NCBI RefSeq assembly: GCF_006345805.1
Contig: NC_043020.1
Coordinates: forward strand, 17,236,001 to 17,300,000
Length of the DNA stretch: 64,000 nucleotides
From: Octopus sinensis
Taxonomy: Eukaryota
Reading direction: 5' to 3'
Position 1 is the first letter of the stretch. Each line of letters opens with the position of its first letter. The position numbers and the translations under genes are program-made. Below the pieces are notes generated by a model. It did not search any database and was not told the origin of the DNA. It saw nothing but the letters and a program-made list of their open reading frames with translations. Positions 15,429 through 29,915 of the stretch are shown here, piece after piece.

Positions 15429-16994
15429 ATGTATATATGTATGTATGTATATATGTGTGTGTGTGTATGTATATATGTATGTATGTATATATGTGTGCGT
15501 GTGTATGTATATATGTGTGTGTGTGTATGTATATACATATAGTTGCAGGCGTGACTGTGTGGTAAGAAGTATTACTTCCCAACCACATGGTTCTGAGTTC
15601 ATTTTCACTGCATGGCACCATGGGCAAACATCTTCAACTATAGATTTGGGCTGACCAAAAGCTTTGTGAGTGGATTTGGAAGACAGAAACTGAAGGAATC
15701 TCATCGTGTGTGTGTGTATGTATGCATGCGTATCTTTGAGTCTGAGGACATTCCCCACCACTGTTTGACAACTGGTGTTGTTTACGTCTCAGTAACAATA
15801 AGTCCTGGGTTCAATTCCTCCGACTAAAAATTCTTCAAGATGGTACCCCAGCCTGTTTGCAGTCAATTAGTTGAATGTCTCATCTTTGCACACCATGACT
15901 GACAGATGATAGCAGTCATTCACTAACTGGACTGTTCCATCTGCTCAGCATCTAGTTATATTTGCCAGTGACTTCTATGTTCTTTTTCCAAAATAGTTCA
16001 CATGCACCGTGCTGCATCCCTTGAAATGAGGGGATGCAATGTGTGTGTGTGTGTGTGTATGTATGTATATATATGTGTGTTTATAAATATATATGTGTAT
16101 ATATATATATATATATGTATGAATATATGTATATGTATGAATATATGTATATGTATGTATATATGTATATATATGTGTGTATATACGTGTATGTATACAT
16201 ATGTATATGTGTGTATATATATATATACACATATGTATATATATACATATGTAATGTATGTATGTATATATATACATATGTAATGTATGTATATATATAT
16301 ATATATATACGTATGTATGTGTATGTATATATGTATGTGTATGTATATATATATATATATGTATGTGTATGTATATATATATGTATGTATATATATATAT
16401 GTATGTATGTGTATGTATATATATATGTATGTATATATATATGTGTGTTTATAAATATATATGTGTATATATATATATATATATGTATGAATATATGTAT
16501 ATGTATGAATATATGTATATGTATGTATATATGTATATATATGTGTGTATATACGTGTATGTATACATATGTATATGTGTGTATATATATATATACACAT
16601 ATGTATATATATACATATGTAATGTATGTATGTATATATATACATATGTAATGTATGTATATATATATATATATATATACGTATGTATGTGTATGTATAT
16701 ATGTATGTGTATGTATATATATATATATATGTATGTGTATGTATATATATATGTATGTATATATATATATGTATGTATGTGTATGTATATATATATGTAT
16801 GTATATATATATATGTATGTATATGTATTTGTATGTGTGTGTATATATATATACACATATATGCTTATGTATGTATATATATGTGCATATATATGTATGT
16901 ATGTATATATATATATATGTGTGTGTGTATGTGTATATATATATATATATATATGTATGCATATGTATATATATATATATATGTGTGTGTGTGT

Positions 16995-17032
<38 letters not shown>

Positions 17033-17640
17033 ATGTATATATGTATGTATGTATATATGTGTGTGTGTGTATGTATATATGTATGTATGTATATATGTGT
17101 GCGTGTGTATGTATATATGTGTGTGTGTGTATGTATATACATATAGTTGCAGGCGTGACTGTGTGGTAAGAAGTATTACTTCCCAACCACATGGTTCTGA
17201 GTTCATTTTCACTGCATGGCACCATGGGCAAACATCTTCAACTATAGATTTGGGCTGACCAAAAGCTTTGTGAGTGGATTTGGAAGACAGAAACTGAAGG
17301 AATCTCATCGTGTGTGTGTGTATGTATGCATGCGTATCTTTGAGTCTGAGGACATTCCCCACCACTGTTTGACAACTGGTGTTGTTTACGTCTCAGTAAC
17401 AATAAGTCCTGGGTTCAATTCCTCCGACTAAAAATTCTTCAAGATGGTACCCCAGCCTGTTTGCAGTCAATTAGTTGAATGTCTCATCTTTGCACACCAT
17501 GACTGACAGATGATAGCAGTCATTCACTAACTGGACTGTTCCATCTGCTCAGCATCTAGTTATATTTGCCAGTGACTTCTATGTTCTTTTTCCAAAATAG
17601 TTCACATGCACCGTGCTGCATCCCTTGAAATGAGGGGATG

Positions 17641-17671
<31 letters not shown>

Positions 17672-20600
17672 TGGGAGAGTGAGTGTAGTTATCATTGACA
17701 CCTTTTTAGTGCCATTGATAACATGGTGTAACTTGATTTTTGTCCTTGGGTAGCAACTGTTATTTCCTAGAAAGTATGAAAAATGGCTAATATTTCCTTC
17801 AGATGTTGCTTTTGCTACATTTATATTGAAACCCCCAAAGAATTCCTCTCAACACATGGCTATGATGCTCCCCTATTCCTGCTCATGATCAGGGATGCAC
17901 ATATTGCCAGGCACTGAGGGACATGCTCAAGTGGTTATGGTCAAGCCACTAACAAGTAAATCTGTGGTGTTGAACAGAATATTTGCTATAACGATATTTC
18001 TGCTTCAGCAACTCAATGCAGAATCTGTCTGAAATGTAATGAAAAATAAGGTCAGTTTAAAAATATTGATGTTCAGGTTGGAAAAACAAAGTTTGGAGGG
18101 AATGGTAGTAATTTTGTTCGATTTCTAGACAGAAGCAAATAGGAAATAACTCTTACTACCCAAAGACAAAAAATAAAAATTAAACTTTTGTTATACAATG
18201 TGATTGTAGGTATGGCATTTCTATTTGCTTTTATATCAGGAATGAATTTGCTATGTAATTCAAATGTTTGATGCCGTGTTACCTTTTAGACTAACAAAAT
18301 AGCTATTTTACTAAGAACGCATTCCCTACCCTCCAGCATTCTCCTTCCTCTTAACTCCCAGCTGTTGTGTATTTAAACCAAAAAAAAAAAAAAATGTTTT
18401 TCTTATTTCGTTTTTTTTTTTCTTTTTTTTTTTTTTCTTTTCTCCCTTGTTTCCTTTCAGGCATAAGCTTTGTGTAGTTTCTGAGGAAGAAACATTGCTG
18501 AAATGGAGAGGAGAGGATCACAATGTTCTCTTTCTCTCTCTCAAAACAATCTCAGGCAAACAAATCCTTGTGGGGGAGAGGAAAAAAAAATGAAATAATT
18601 GAGAAAAAATAAAAATTATAAAGTGTTTAATCAAAATTATCAGAAGCTTTACATTTTTTAAAGCTTTAAAATTTTTTTTTCGTTTTCCTTTTATTTTCTG
18701 TTATTTAAAAGAAAATGCCTTTTTGTTTGTTTTATAGATTTATAATAGGATTTATATTTTCACTTTAAAATTTTTCATTTCATATTTCATTCCCTGTTGT
18801 GTTTGTTCTATTTGTTGTTGATTCCTCTACAAGCAATCACCTCTGCAAGTGATTGCTTTGAAAATGTCAGAACCCATTTTCGTTACTAACACATAACTTA
18901 AATATTGGGGCCTCTGCTTGTTTTGATTTGAACTAGATGAAATAAATATAACTTTTTTTTGATGATTGTTAAGTACATAAAATTAAATATTAAAAAACAA
19001 AAAAAAAATACTGTTTCTGTGCAAGTTCTCATTGTCTGAAGGATCCATGTTCAGAAGTAGAACAATTCCTATGGTTTAGAACTTTGCTTCACAATCACAT
19101 GGTTCTCAGTTCAGCACCATCTTCACAACATCTTGGACAAGTATCTTCTACAATAACCTTAGGTTGACCAATGCCTTATGAGTGGATTTGGTAGGCTAAA
19201 CTCTACGGAAACCTGTTGTGTGTGTGTTACATATATATATATATATATATATTTATATATGATATACATATGTATGGCTTACTGATTCCTACCAAATTTT
19301 TGGTGCTAATTTTAAATCTGATATCTAAATTTGTCTATCATGTCCAGATTTTGTGGAACTGTAAACTCCTATTTTTCATTTTTTCTAACTCGCTTGTGCC
19401 ATGTTTTATGTTAATTATTCTTAAATAATTAGTGAACAGCGATGTCTTTCCTCCTTTTTCTGTCGGCACCACCCCTGCGCTCAATCATCCACCCAAAATG
19501 TGTTAGTATTTTGTTGTTACTACTAAAAGGCAATTTCCTGTTCTTAAGCGAAACTTTGGTGTTTCCTCTTCCTTTATCACTTGTAGGATGACAATGTTCT
19601 CCCATTGTATTTGGGTTGAAATTTCTTTTGTATGTGTTTTCCATAACTGAGATAGATCTGTTGGTAGAAGCTCACCACTCACAGCCCCAAGGTTAGCCAA
19701 GAAGTCAAGATGAGAATGTAAAAAAATGCATTTTTAAAGACATTCTGCATCCCATTTTTTCACAAAATGTAAGCATGTTTTCTACAAGTTCATGATGGTT
19801 TTCAACTTTGTTGTTTCCAAGAAAATTTTTTACAACTTCATCAAAAGATGTCCATGTTCCTAGTTTATTCTCATTTAAATTAGATAGTAAAGTAAAGAAG
19901 TAGAGGCACATGGCTCAGTGGTTAGGGTGTTGGACTCATGATTGTAAGATTGTGGTTTCGATTTCTAGACAGGTAACATGTTATGCTCTTGAGCAAAATA
20001 CTTCATTTCACATTGCTCTAGTCCACAAGTGCTGGGTGTTTCACATTGTGTTTACCAACAGCATGTTCAGTTCTAGATGGCTGATCATGTCTTTCATAGT
20101 GGTTCTTATCTTTGCTGTTGCATAGACACAAAAAGCACATATTCTTTGTGTAGCCCAACTGTAACCCAAAAAGAAATTATACGACTTTAAGGTCACCACA
20201 AATATTACATATGCGGTCCTTATATTTGACAAGTCTTAGCAGCAATTCCATTGATTCATAAGTTTTATTATGGCCAGTGGCATGTGCTACAGGTATTGAA
20301 GGTTTTTCATTGCCATTGTGCAATACAACTTTAAGGCTAGCTTTAATGAACAGTCTCCATTCTTTTGGATCATAGTGAAAACAAATGCTTTCCTCCTGTA
20401 AGTAAAATGAGGAAAACTGCAGATGGCGATGGTGGAAATGGGAAATTTGGCTGATTCCATTCTTGAACTCTGCTTTTTCTTTTGGTAATTTCAAATCGCG
20501 CTCTAAGTCATTTAAGATCCTCTTGACTGAACAAATGTGGGGAACTAATTACATCTGGAACATATATACCATCTATCCCTATTTCTATATCACTAGCTGA

Positions 20601-22747
20601 ATTTTCTGATGAACTGCTGTCTTCAACAACCACTCTACTTGACTGTCACGTAGCGACTGGTCATTGGGCTGTTACTACTCGGGATAAATTTTATTGATCA
20701 AAATCATTAGAATTTGTACATAGTTGATAAGCAAAAATTACTTTAACCTTGGAAAGCAAGTTTCATATTACTGGCATATTAAGATGATTAAAACCAAAAT
20801 CTGGACATGGTAGGAAATTTAACTAAGTGATTTGCATTTTACACAAAATCTAAACGTGATAGAAACAATCTGATTATAGATTTGAAATCAGTTTGCAGAA
20901 AATTAGCTAGAAACACCTATTTGGCCTTCTGTAACAAAAATCTTTGTTGTCTAAAGATTTGTGGAAAAGGCAATGGACCAATGGTTTCAATAAATATAAA
21001 GCCTTTTTAAGTGAAGGTGCATAGTGGTTAAGGTATTAAGCTCATGTTTGTAATGTTGTGAGTTCAATTCCAGATGGTGTGTTGTGCCCTTGAGTGAAAC
21101 ACCTTATTTCACATTGCTCCAGTCCACTCAGCTGGCAAAAATTAGCTGTACCTGTAATTCAAAAGGGCCAGCTTTGTCACACTCTGTGTCAAGTTGAATC
21201 TTCTTGAGAATTGCATTAAGGGTAAATGCTTACAGAGTGCTCAACCACTTGCGTGTTAACTTCATGACCAGGCTGTTCCGTTGATCGGATCAACTTGAAC
21301 ACTTGTCATTGTAACTGACAGAGAGCCAGGCAAGCCCTTTTGGTATTTATTGCACCCAAGTTGCAAAGACAATCTGTTGTCACTCTCATCACTGTAAATC
21401 CAGTGAATCAGTGACTGATTGACCCATTGGAGTACTGTAACCAATGGCGCTATTATTGACACAGTGTGATATAGAATATAAATTTCCGGTGCTGATCATT
21501 CAAATAGTTGCGCTCAAATGAGTAAATCAGTTCCTGAGACAGATATCCAAAACACATCAGGTAAAAACTGAATTAATTTCAGTAAAAGCTGTTTGAAATT
21601 AAGCAATAATAAATCTCTGAACGAGATGTAAACAGTAACCGCTCGACAACGTAAAGTATACTAGCCATCTCAATATGGCTAACTACTAAGGGTGGGTGTT
21701 ACTGTAGCTTTTAGCCCCAGGAGATCATCGTCTCCAGCTGGCTTTAGGCACACTTTGGAGACGATGATCTCCTGGGGCTAAAAGCTACAGTAACACCCAC
21801 CCTTAGTGGTTAGCCATATTGAGATGGCTAGTATACTTTACGTTGTCGAGCGGTTACTGTTTGAAATTGTGTTTCGTATAATGATTGAGAAAAAAAAAAA
21901 AGAAAAAATTCAAAACAATGGAATTTAATTAAGGCAAATAGACAATGTAATTTGGTATTGACTTAATGAGGAATTTGAAGAGAAAAGTTGGGTTATAATG
22001 AATTACATGTTAAGTTATTTATCTGTGGTGTTAATGTTTAGCCTAATGAAATTATTTACTAATCAGTCACTCCAGCCCTTCCTTTACCAGTCTTGTCTGG
22101 TTCTCCCAGATCTCTGTGACTGTTTCGTGTTAAATATCACCTGCTTCAGGCTTATTTTACAAAGTTTTCATTCTGGCAGAGGCAGAGTGGCACCTGACTC
22201 TCAGAATGTGTTGTTGCTACTAACATTTCTTTGTTTCTAAACATCTTATTTCCATAGCAAAAATCTGAACCAGGCCTTTTGAGAATTTATGTGAATTTAT
22301 ATGAATTTATATGAATTTTTTTATATGTATTTCTTTCAAACCTCTTCTACCTCCGTCTTCACATCTAATCCCCTCTGCCTCCACACTCTAACCACCATCA
22401 CTTTTACCTCTCTATTAATTTAACCATTTCTATCTTCAAAATCAAATTTCTTTACCTCACAAGATTTGTTTTTGTTTATTTGAATTGCCCATGCTCTCTC
22501 TCCCTCTCTCAACTCCAAGATAAGATTTCTTTTTTTTTTTTAAATCTCATTTATTCAACATGTCTACTTGTGAAATCATTCACTCGTGAATTTCATCACA
22601 CACAACATGGACCAAATTTCTTCTTAAGAAAAAATATATATTCATATAAATTAAACATTATATCACGAATAGCGATAGCGAAACTGGTCGATATATTAAA
22701 AATTATATTAAAACCATGTAAGTGTGCGTATTTTCCTTTTTTAATTT

Positions 22748-22784
<37 letters not shown>

Positions 22785-25700
22785 TATAACAGTTTGGTTC
22801 AGATTCATGTACCTTAAAGTTAACAGAAACCTGTCTCTTTCAAGTGTAGATTACCAAAAGAGACTGCTGGTTTAGATTACCTGAAAGAGACAGGGTTCTG
22901 CATGGAGCCAAATCAAATTGTCTTAAATAATACATGCGACTCCTACTAAATGTGTTGCATGCCTTTTTTCTTTAATTTGGCCACTCACTTTGTAGTGGTG
23001 GTGGGGGCTGTGTGGTAAGAAGCTTGCTTCCCAACCACATGGCTCTGGGTTCAGTCCCAATGCGTAACACCTTGGGCAAGTGTTTTCTACTATAGCCTTG
23101 GGATGACCAAACCCTTGTGAGTGGATTTGATAGATGGAAACTGAAAGAAGCCTGTTATATATATATATAATGTCTCTATGTTGTTCTAACTCCAAATCTC
23201 ACTTTATTATCCCACTTTCCAGGATTAAAAATGAAAGGACCAATCAAATACTAGTCCCATCTTCTCCAAATATTTGTAACTTTGTGACTATGTTAGGAAT
23301 CATTTGTAGGAGCTGGGTGTGATAAAAATAAAGTACCAGTCAAATCAATTTAGTTGACTGTTCTTCAAACCCCCTCCCCCCAATATGTGGTCTTCTAGCT
23401 ATGTAAGAAATGATTGACCTAGTAACAGGCGGTGATTAGACAGTTGTTGAAGTGGGATGAAATGCCTTGTGATTCTTTGTTCTCTGTTCTCTGAGTTCAG
23501 TCCCTGCTAAGGCCAACAGTGCCTTTCATTCCTCTAGGGTCAAGGTCGGTGGTATTGATGAACACCTTCTCCTTGAACTTGGAAATCATCATCATCATCA
23601 TTATATAGGGCAGCGTGTGCTGGTAGAATTGTTAGCACACAACAAGCAAAATGCTTGCCAACATTTCATCTGTCTTTACATTCTGAGTTCAAATTCTGCT
23701 GAGGTTGACTTTGTCTTTCATCCTTTTGGGATCAATAAAATAAGTACCAGTGGAACTCTGGGGTTGATGTAAGTGACTTGTTGTTTCCCCCAAACTTGCT
23801 GGCCTTGTGCCAAAATTTGAAATCATTTGGGTGGAACCATTAGAGCATCGGGAAAAAATTCTTTGTGGTAATTTTTGCAGCTCTTTACATTCTGAGCTCA
23901 TCCCACCAGTAGTAGGAATGAGTTGCAATGTCACTGGTGCCAAGCTGTATTGGCCTTTGCCTTTCCTTTGGTGTGAAGAGGAGAAACTAGTAAGCATGGG
24001 TGACTTCTGGTCTTTCACAAAAAAAAAAAACTTTGTCCAGACTTGTGACTTCAGATGCAATCCCATGGTCATTCATGACAGAAAGGGGTCCCCTCCTCAT
24101 ATGAGGTAAGGTTTGTGTAACTTTGTCCTGACACTGTTTGTCATTAGCAGTAAAAGCATGTAGGGTAATCTTGCATTTCTAATGTATTTTAGGAATAGCA
24201 GCATTGCTGCTAAGGTTAACCTACCATAGCAGTAACTTACCTTATTTGTGTTTTACTTTCTTCACAAACCCAGTTCTTCTGTTGAGCCTATTTTGCTTCA
24301 TTGGCATATGTTCTATAACTCATCTTTACTACATGTTATTTATAGATCTTCTGCCTTGGTCACCACTTTATCACCACTTTTTTTTTCCATTTCTAGTCCT
24401 TTTATTCCATTTGTGACATTATTTCTAATGATTACACTGCCAATATGTTACCATTAAGTTTGAAAATAATGAAGAATATTTGAGGGATTTAGTAAATTTA
24501 TTGACTTTTTAGATTTATTTCTATATGGAGCTGGAGCTCAGAACATACCTGATCAAAAGCTACCTCTCATGGAATTATGCTGGGATGTTTTAATTTAAAT
24601 CTGATTACTTTAACCCAGTAGTTCTTAAACAGGGTCCATATAAAATTTGGGGGTCCATGCAAGCAAAATAATTAATTGGCAATCCACAGCAGTATTTGAA
24701 AAGTCCACAAAAAAAAAAAATGTTGCTTTAAATATATTTATTGCCAAAAAATAGCTAAATTTCTTTCTCTAATGTTTTACATAATTTAACATGTTTCCGG
24801 CCAGTGAAACATGTCCTCTCAGTAAGTTCTATTAAAAATCTGTACAAGTGAACATGTCAAAAACAAATTTGGAATTTTGAAAGCTGTATTCATAAATCTA
24901 ATTTTTAAATGTCGAATGGTTATGGGAGTCCACTAGAACAGAATAGTAATTAAAGGGATCAATAGAAGAAAAGTGGTTCAGAACCTCTGCCATAACCTTT
25001 TAGCATTGAGGTTACTTTGTCAATTGTAACGCTTCTTTATCCACATTGCTTTTGAATTGTGTTCTCTCATAACTTTGATGTTTTGATGATGGGATTGTTT
25101 ATTTTTAGAAGTACATTGTAGGATAGGTGTGAGAGGCTGGATGTGGCCAGTTTACGCATAAGTCAGGTAGGGTATATATCTGAGCTGGATATGGCTAGTT
25201 TAAATGCTAAAGGGTTAAAAAGTGGAAATTATAAATCAGGAAACCGGAGGTGGTCACCATTATGTGTGTATATGTGTTTGTGTATGCATGCTTGCATATA
25301 TGTGTGTATGTATGAATGCATGCTTGCATGTATGTACATGTGTATGCGTGTCATACAGACATGTACATATAATTTTTTTTAAGTAACAGTTGAGTGCGGG
25401 ATGGGGGTGGGGTTAATTGACTTGACCACTTCCCACAAATTATGGCAGAATCTGTAAGAAAGCTCCACCCCACTATGCTTAGAATTGAAACTCCTATGAG
25501 GACCAATCAATAAACTACTGGGCTTCCTAATTTTGTGACCTCGTGTCCTGTTTTTGTAACCTTCGATAATTGTTGTTTAATAATACTTAACTAAAACTCA
25601 CACCTTGCTTTACCCCCTCCTGCAATAATATACCCAACCAACCAACCAACCCTCCAAATATTCCATTGTTTTGTTGCCTCAAAATGCTTCATTATTTAAA

Positions 25701-28700
25701 ACATTCCGTTGTTGTTTTCGGTTTTTTTTTTTAATTAATTATATTGTTGACCATCATCAAACAAACAACTGATTGACATTTAATAAAAAAAATTTTTCAA
25801 TTCCATTGTTTATATTTTTCGTTTATTTTTTTCTCATTTTTCCTTGTTTGTTTTGTTTTGTATTTTGTTTTACCAGAACAAAATTTTACTTCCTGTTGTT
25901 GTTTCTTCAAATTATTGGTTTTAAATTTGGGCACAAGGCCAGCAATTTTGGGGGAGGAAGTACATCAATTACATTGACCCTACAGCTCAACTGGTACTTA
26001 TTTTATCAACCCTGAAAGGATGAAAGGCAAAGTCAACCTCTGTGGCATTTGAACTCAGAACATAAAGACAGATGAAATTCTGTTAAGCATTGTGTTTGGT
26101 GCACTAATGATTCTGCCAGCTCACTAAATGTGATAACCATGCCGCTCTTGTACAAGAACCTACTCTGCCCCCCGCCCCCTTTCCTCATATTTCAACCCAT
26201 CATCCCCTAGTATAAAAGCCAACTCCTTACTCCTCCCTTGGGGTTCATAATTTTGTGAGCTGCATAATGACCTCAACAGTGCTGCCAGCACAAAAACAGC
26301 ACCCAGTACAAAGTGGTCGGCATTAGGAAGGACCATGATGTAGTCTTCAGACTCATTGGATCCTGCCAAACCATTCATCCCATACCAGTATGGAATATGG
26401 ATATTAAATGAGGATGATGATGATGATTTAGTTATGCCCTTTTAAGTTTTGAATTCAATTCCTTTTGAACTTGACTTTATTTTTTTATTTGCTGGGGGCC
26501 AACAAAATTAAGTACCAGTGAGATACTGTGCTTATTATAATGAACTATAAACCGGGTGCACCTGTGACTTTAGCAGGCCATCCAGAACAATTGAAATAGA
26601 TGCCTGCCCTGTCTTTTGTTAGTGAAGGCACATGGCTCAATGGTTAGAGCGTCAGGCTCACAATCATGAGGTAGTGAGTGTGATTCCCGGACCGGGCTGT
26701 GTCGTGTTTTTAAGCAGGACACATTATTTCACATTGCTCCAGTTTACTGAGCTCTTGAAATGAGTTGCAATATCACTGGAGCCAAGCTGTATTGACCTTT
26801 GCCTTTCCCTTGGATAACATTGGTGGCATGGTTTGCATGGGTGACTGCTGGTCTTCCATAAACCTTACCCAGACTTGTGCTTTGGAGGGGAACTTTCTAG
26901 GTATAATTCCATGGTCATTCATGACTGAAGGGGATCTTTACCTTTTACCCTTTTGTTAGAAACCCTAATTATTTTTATATTTTTACACAGAACAACATCT
27001 TGCTAGAGATATATCATGTCAGAGAAGAGCTTGTGATTCAGCTTGCTGAATAATAACAACAATAATCCTTTCTACTGTAAGCACAAGGCCTGAAATTTGG
27101 GGCAAGGGATTAAGTCGATTATATTGACCCTAGTATTTCACTGCTACTTAATTTATCAACCCTGAAAGGATTAACAGTAAAGGTGACCTTGGCAGAGCTT
27201 GAACTCGGAATGTAAAGACAGATGAAATGCTGCTTAGCATTTTGCCCGGCTTGCTAATGATTTTGTCAGCTCACCAATAACTGTTTCTTCTATATGCAAA
27301 AGGTCTGAAAGTTTTGGGGGAAGGGGCAAGTTGATTACACCAACCCCTGTGTTCAACTGGTACTTATCTTATTGACCCCAAAGGGATGAAAGGCAAACTC
27401 AACCTTGTTGGTGTTTGAACTCAGAACAGAAAGCTGGAAGAAATACTGCTAAAAGATATTGCCAGATTAAATGCTAAAGGATTACTAAAACAATTTTCTA
27501 ATCATAAAATAAGTATCAGTTGATCATTCAGGTCAATGTACTTAACTAGCTCCCTCCCCACAAATCTCAAACCTTGTGCCTATAGTAGAAAGGATTATTA
27601 TTATTATTATTTAGGCAGTGAGCTGGCAGAATCATTAGCATGCTGACTGAAATGCTTAGTGGTATTTTGTCTGCTGCTATGTTCTGAGTTCAAATTCCAC
27701 CAAGGTCAACTTTGCCTTTCATCCTTTTTGGGGTCAGTAAGTGAAACACTGGGGTTGATGTAACCAACTAGTCCCGTCCTCACAATATTTCAGGCCTTGT
27801 GCCTTTAGTAGAAAGGATTATTATTATTATTATTGTTGTTGTTGTTATTATTATTGTTAATATTATCTGAGGCTGTGAGTTGGACGTAATGCTTAGTGGC
27901 ATTTCTTCCAGCTCTTTGCTACATTCTCAGTTCAAATTTCACTAGAGTCCTCATTCTTTCAGAGTCAATAAAATAATACTGGCTGAACTCTGAGGTTGAT
28001 GTAATTGAATAGCCCCCACCCCCTCAGAATTGTTGGCCTTGTGCCAAAAATTGGAATGAAAGAATTACTAAGCAATGTAAAGAACCAACTTTAGAATCAT
28101 AGATCTGCAAGAAGTAGCAGCGAATTCTTCTAACCTTCACTAGTAAGGAAATACATATAGGAAATGTCCTAAATTCACTGTATCTAAAAACTAAAAGGGA
28201 TGGTCATGATCGGAATACTTCTGATCATAAATCTATTCAAGCAGGCTAACTTGCAGCTAATCATCCTCAAATTAATGATGATATAGAAGAGTCAATAAGT
28301 GTTGTTTATCACAAAGATTCTCAAAACTAAAGAAACCCTGTATGAAGAATACAGTACACTGATGCTGTAGTTTGATATTTTCTAAAAGTACTTTTATTCC
28401 ATTACTTTCTAATTAGTGTAAAAATGATTGAAAAAAAAAGGACAGTTTAACAAAACTTTTTTTACATTTTGTTTGAGATGCTGAACTCCCAATGACCAAA
28501 CAAACAGTTTTTGGGAGATTTTGTTATTGTTTTCTATTTATCTGTCTGTCTATATATATATATATATAAACAATTCATAAATGAGGGCAAAGGAAAAAAT
28601 TTCTAATGCCAAATATGCCGAAAAATTGGACATATTGTCCATTAACTATATAATTTTTTCACAATACGCACGCTACTCAAAAAAAGGTCGACAGAAATTT

Positions 28701-29020
28701 CTAAAAAATTCCATTATTACCATATCGGACCGATTTCAGAGTTTGAAATTGGTCCGATATGGTAATAATGGAATTTTTTATAAATTTCTGTCGACCTTTT
28801 TTTGAGTAGCGTGCGTATTGTGAAAAAATTATATAGTTAATGGACAATATGTCCAATTTTTCGGCATATTTGGCATTAGAAATTTTTTCCTTTGCCCTCA
28901 TTTATGAATTGTTTATAAATTTAAAACCGTTAAAGGTATTTTTTAATATGCTGGCCATCGATAAAATTTTTTTGAGAAAATATTTTTTTTTCGAAAAGAA
29001 TTTTATCCTCACATTTGATA

Positions 29021-29061
<41 letters not shown>

Positions 29062-29878
29062 AACAAAATTCAAATTTTGAGTTAAATATATACCTGTGTG
29101 TGTATAAAGCTGCTATATGTAGTCCTTCCTCTCCAGAATAACAGCCTTCTGGTAGACGGAAACTGTGTTGAAGAGTTCATTTTGTTACCATGCAGTATCA
29201 ATTTCTATCTCATAATTTGGTACTTAGAGCAATGTCTTGTTCTGTAGCCTCAGGCTACCAATGTCTCATGAGTGGAATCAGTAAAGAGAAGCTTTATGGA
29301 AGCATGTTTTGTATGTGTGTGTCTGGAGAAATGATTGTGTTCAGTGCTTCACATGAAATCATCAAGCTGAAAATGATGTCAACAAAAATCATCCTTAGTT
29401 CTGTGGGTTTGAAGGCAGTGGAATAAGGGGGGAAAAAAGTCCCTTTATTTGAAAACAGTTAAGGGTTAGTGACAGGCAGAACATCTGGCTGTAAAACAAT
29501 GTCTCAATGATATGTGTTTGCACACTCTATGGAGGACATGCACTGATTTTTATTTTCCTTTGACCCTTTAGCATTTAAACTGGTCATATTTAGCCCAAAT
29601 ATTCTACCTGTTTTATGTTCAAACTGAACAGGTCAGGCCTCTCACACCTACCCTACATTGTTATTCCAAAATATATATAATCTCATCATTGAAACCTTGA
29701 AGCTAAAAGATTAGTTCAAAATGATGTGAATAAATAAACATTATATTCGACAAAGTAATCTGAGTACTAAAGGATTAAAATGCCATTTGTACTGCTAACC
29801 ACTCAACTGTGAGGTAAAAAGTGGAGCTCAGATTTTTTTTTGTCAAGTCTAGTAAAGTACAGCACTTTGCCCAGAGAT

Positions 29879-29915
<37 letters not shown>

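Noticed and set aside
14750-17365. Many long ORFs (up to 353 aa) rich in Y/I/H/T/C/V/M
   Set aside because: They are translations of (TA)/(TG)/(CA) microsatellites, which lack stop codons. The same applies at 33.6-35.9, 46.3-47.6, 48.1, 52.1 and 55.4-56.0 kb.
28581-28901. Identical 66-74 aa ORFs on both strands
   Set aside because: A consequence of the palindrome; no protein similarity recognised.
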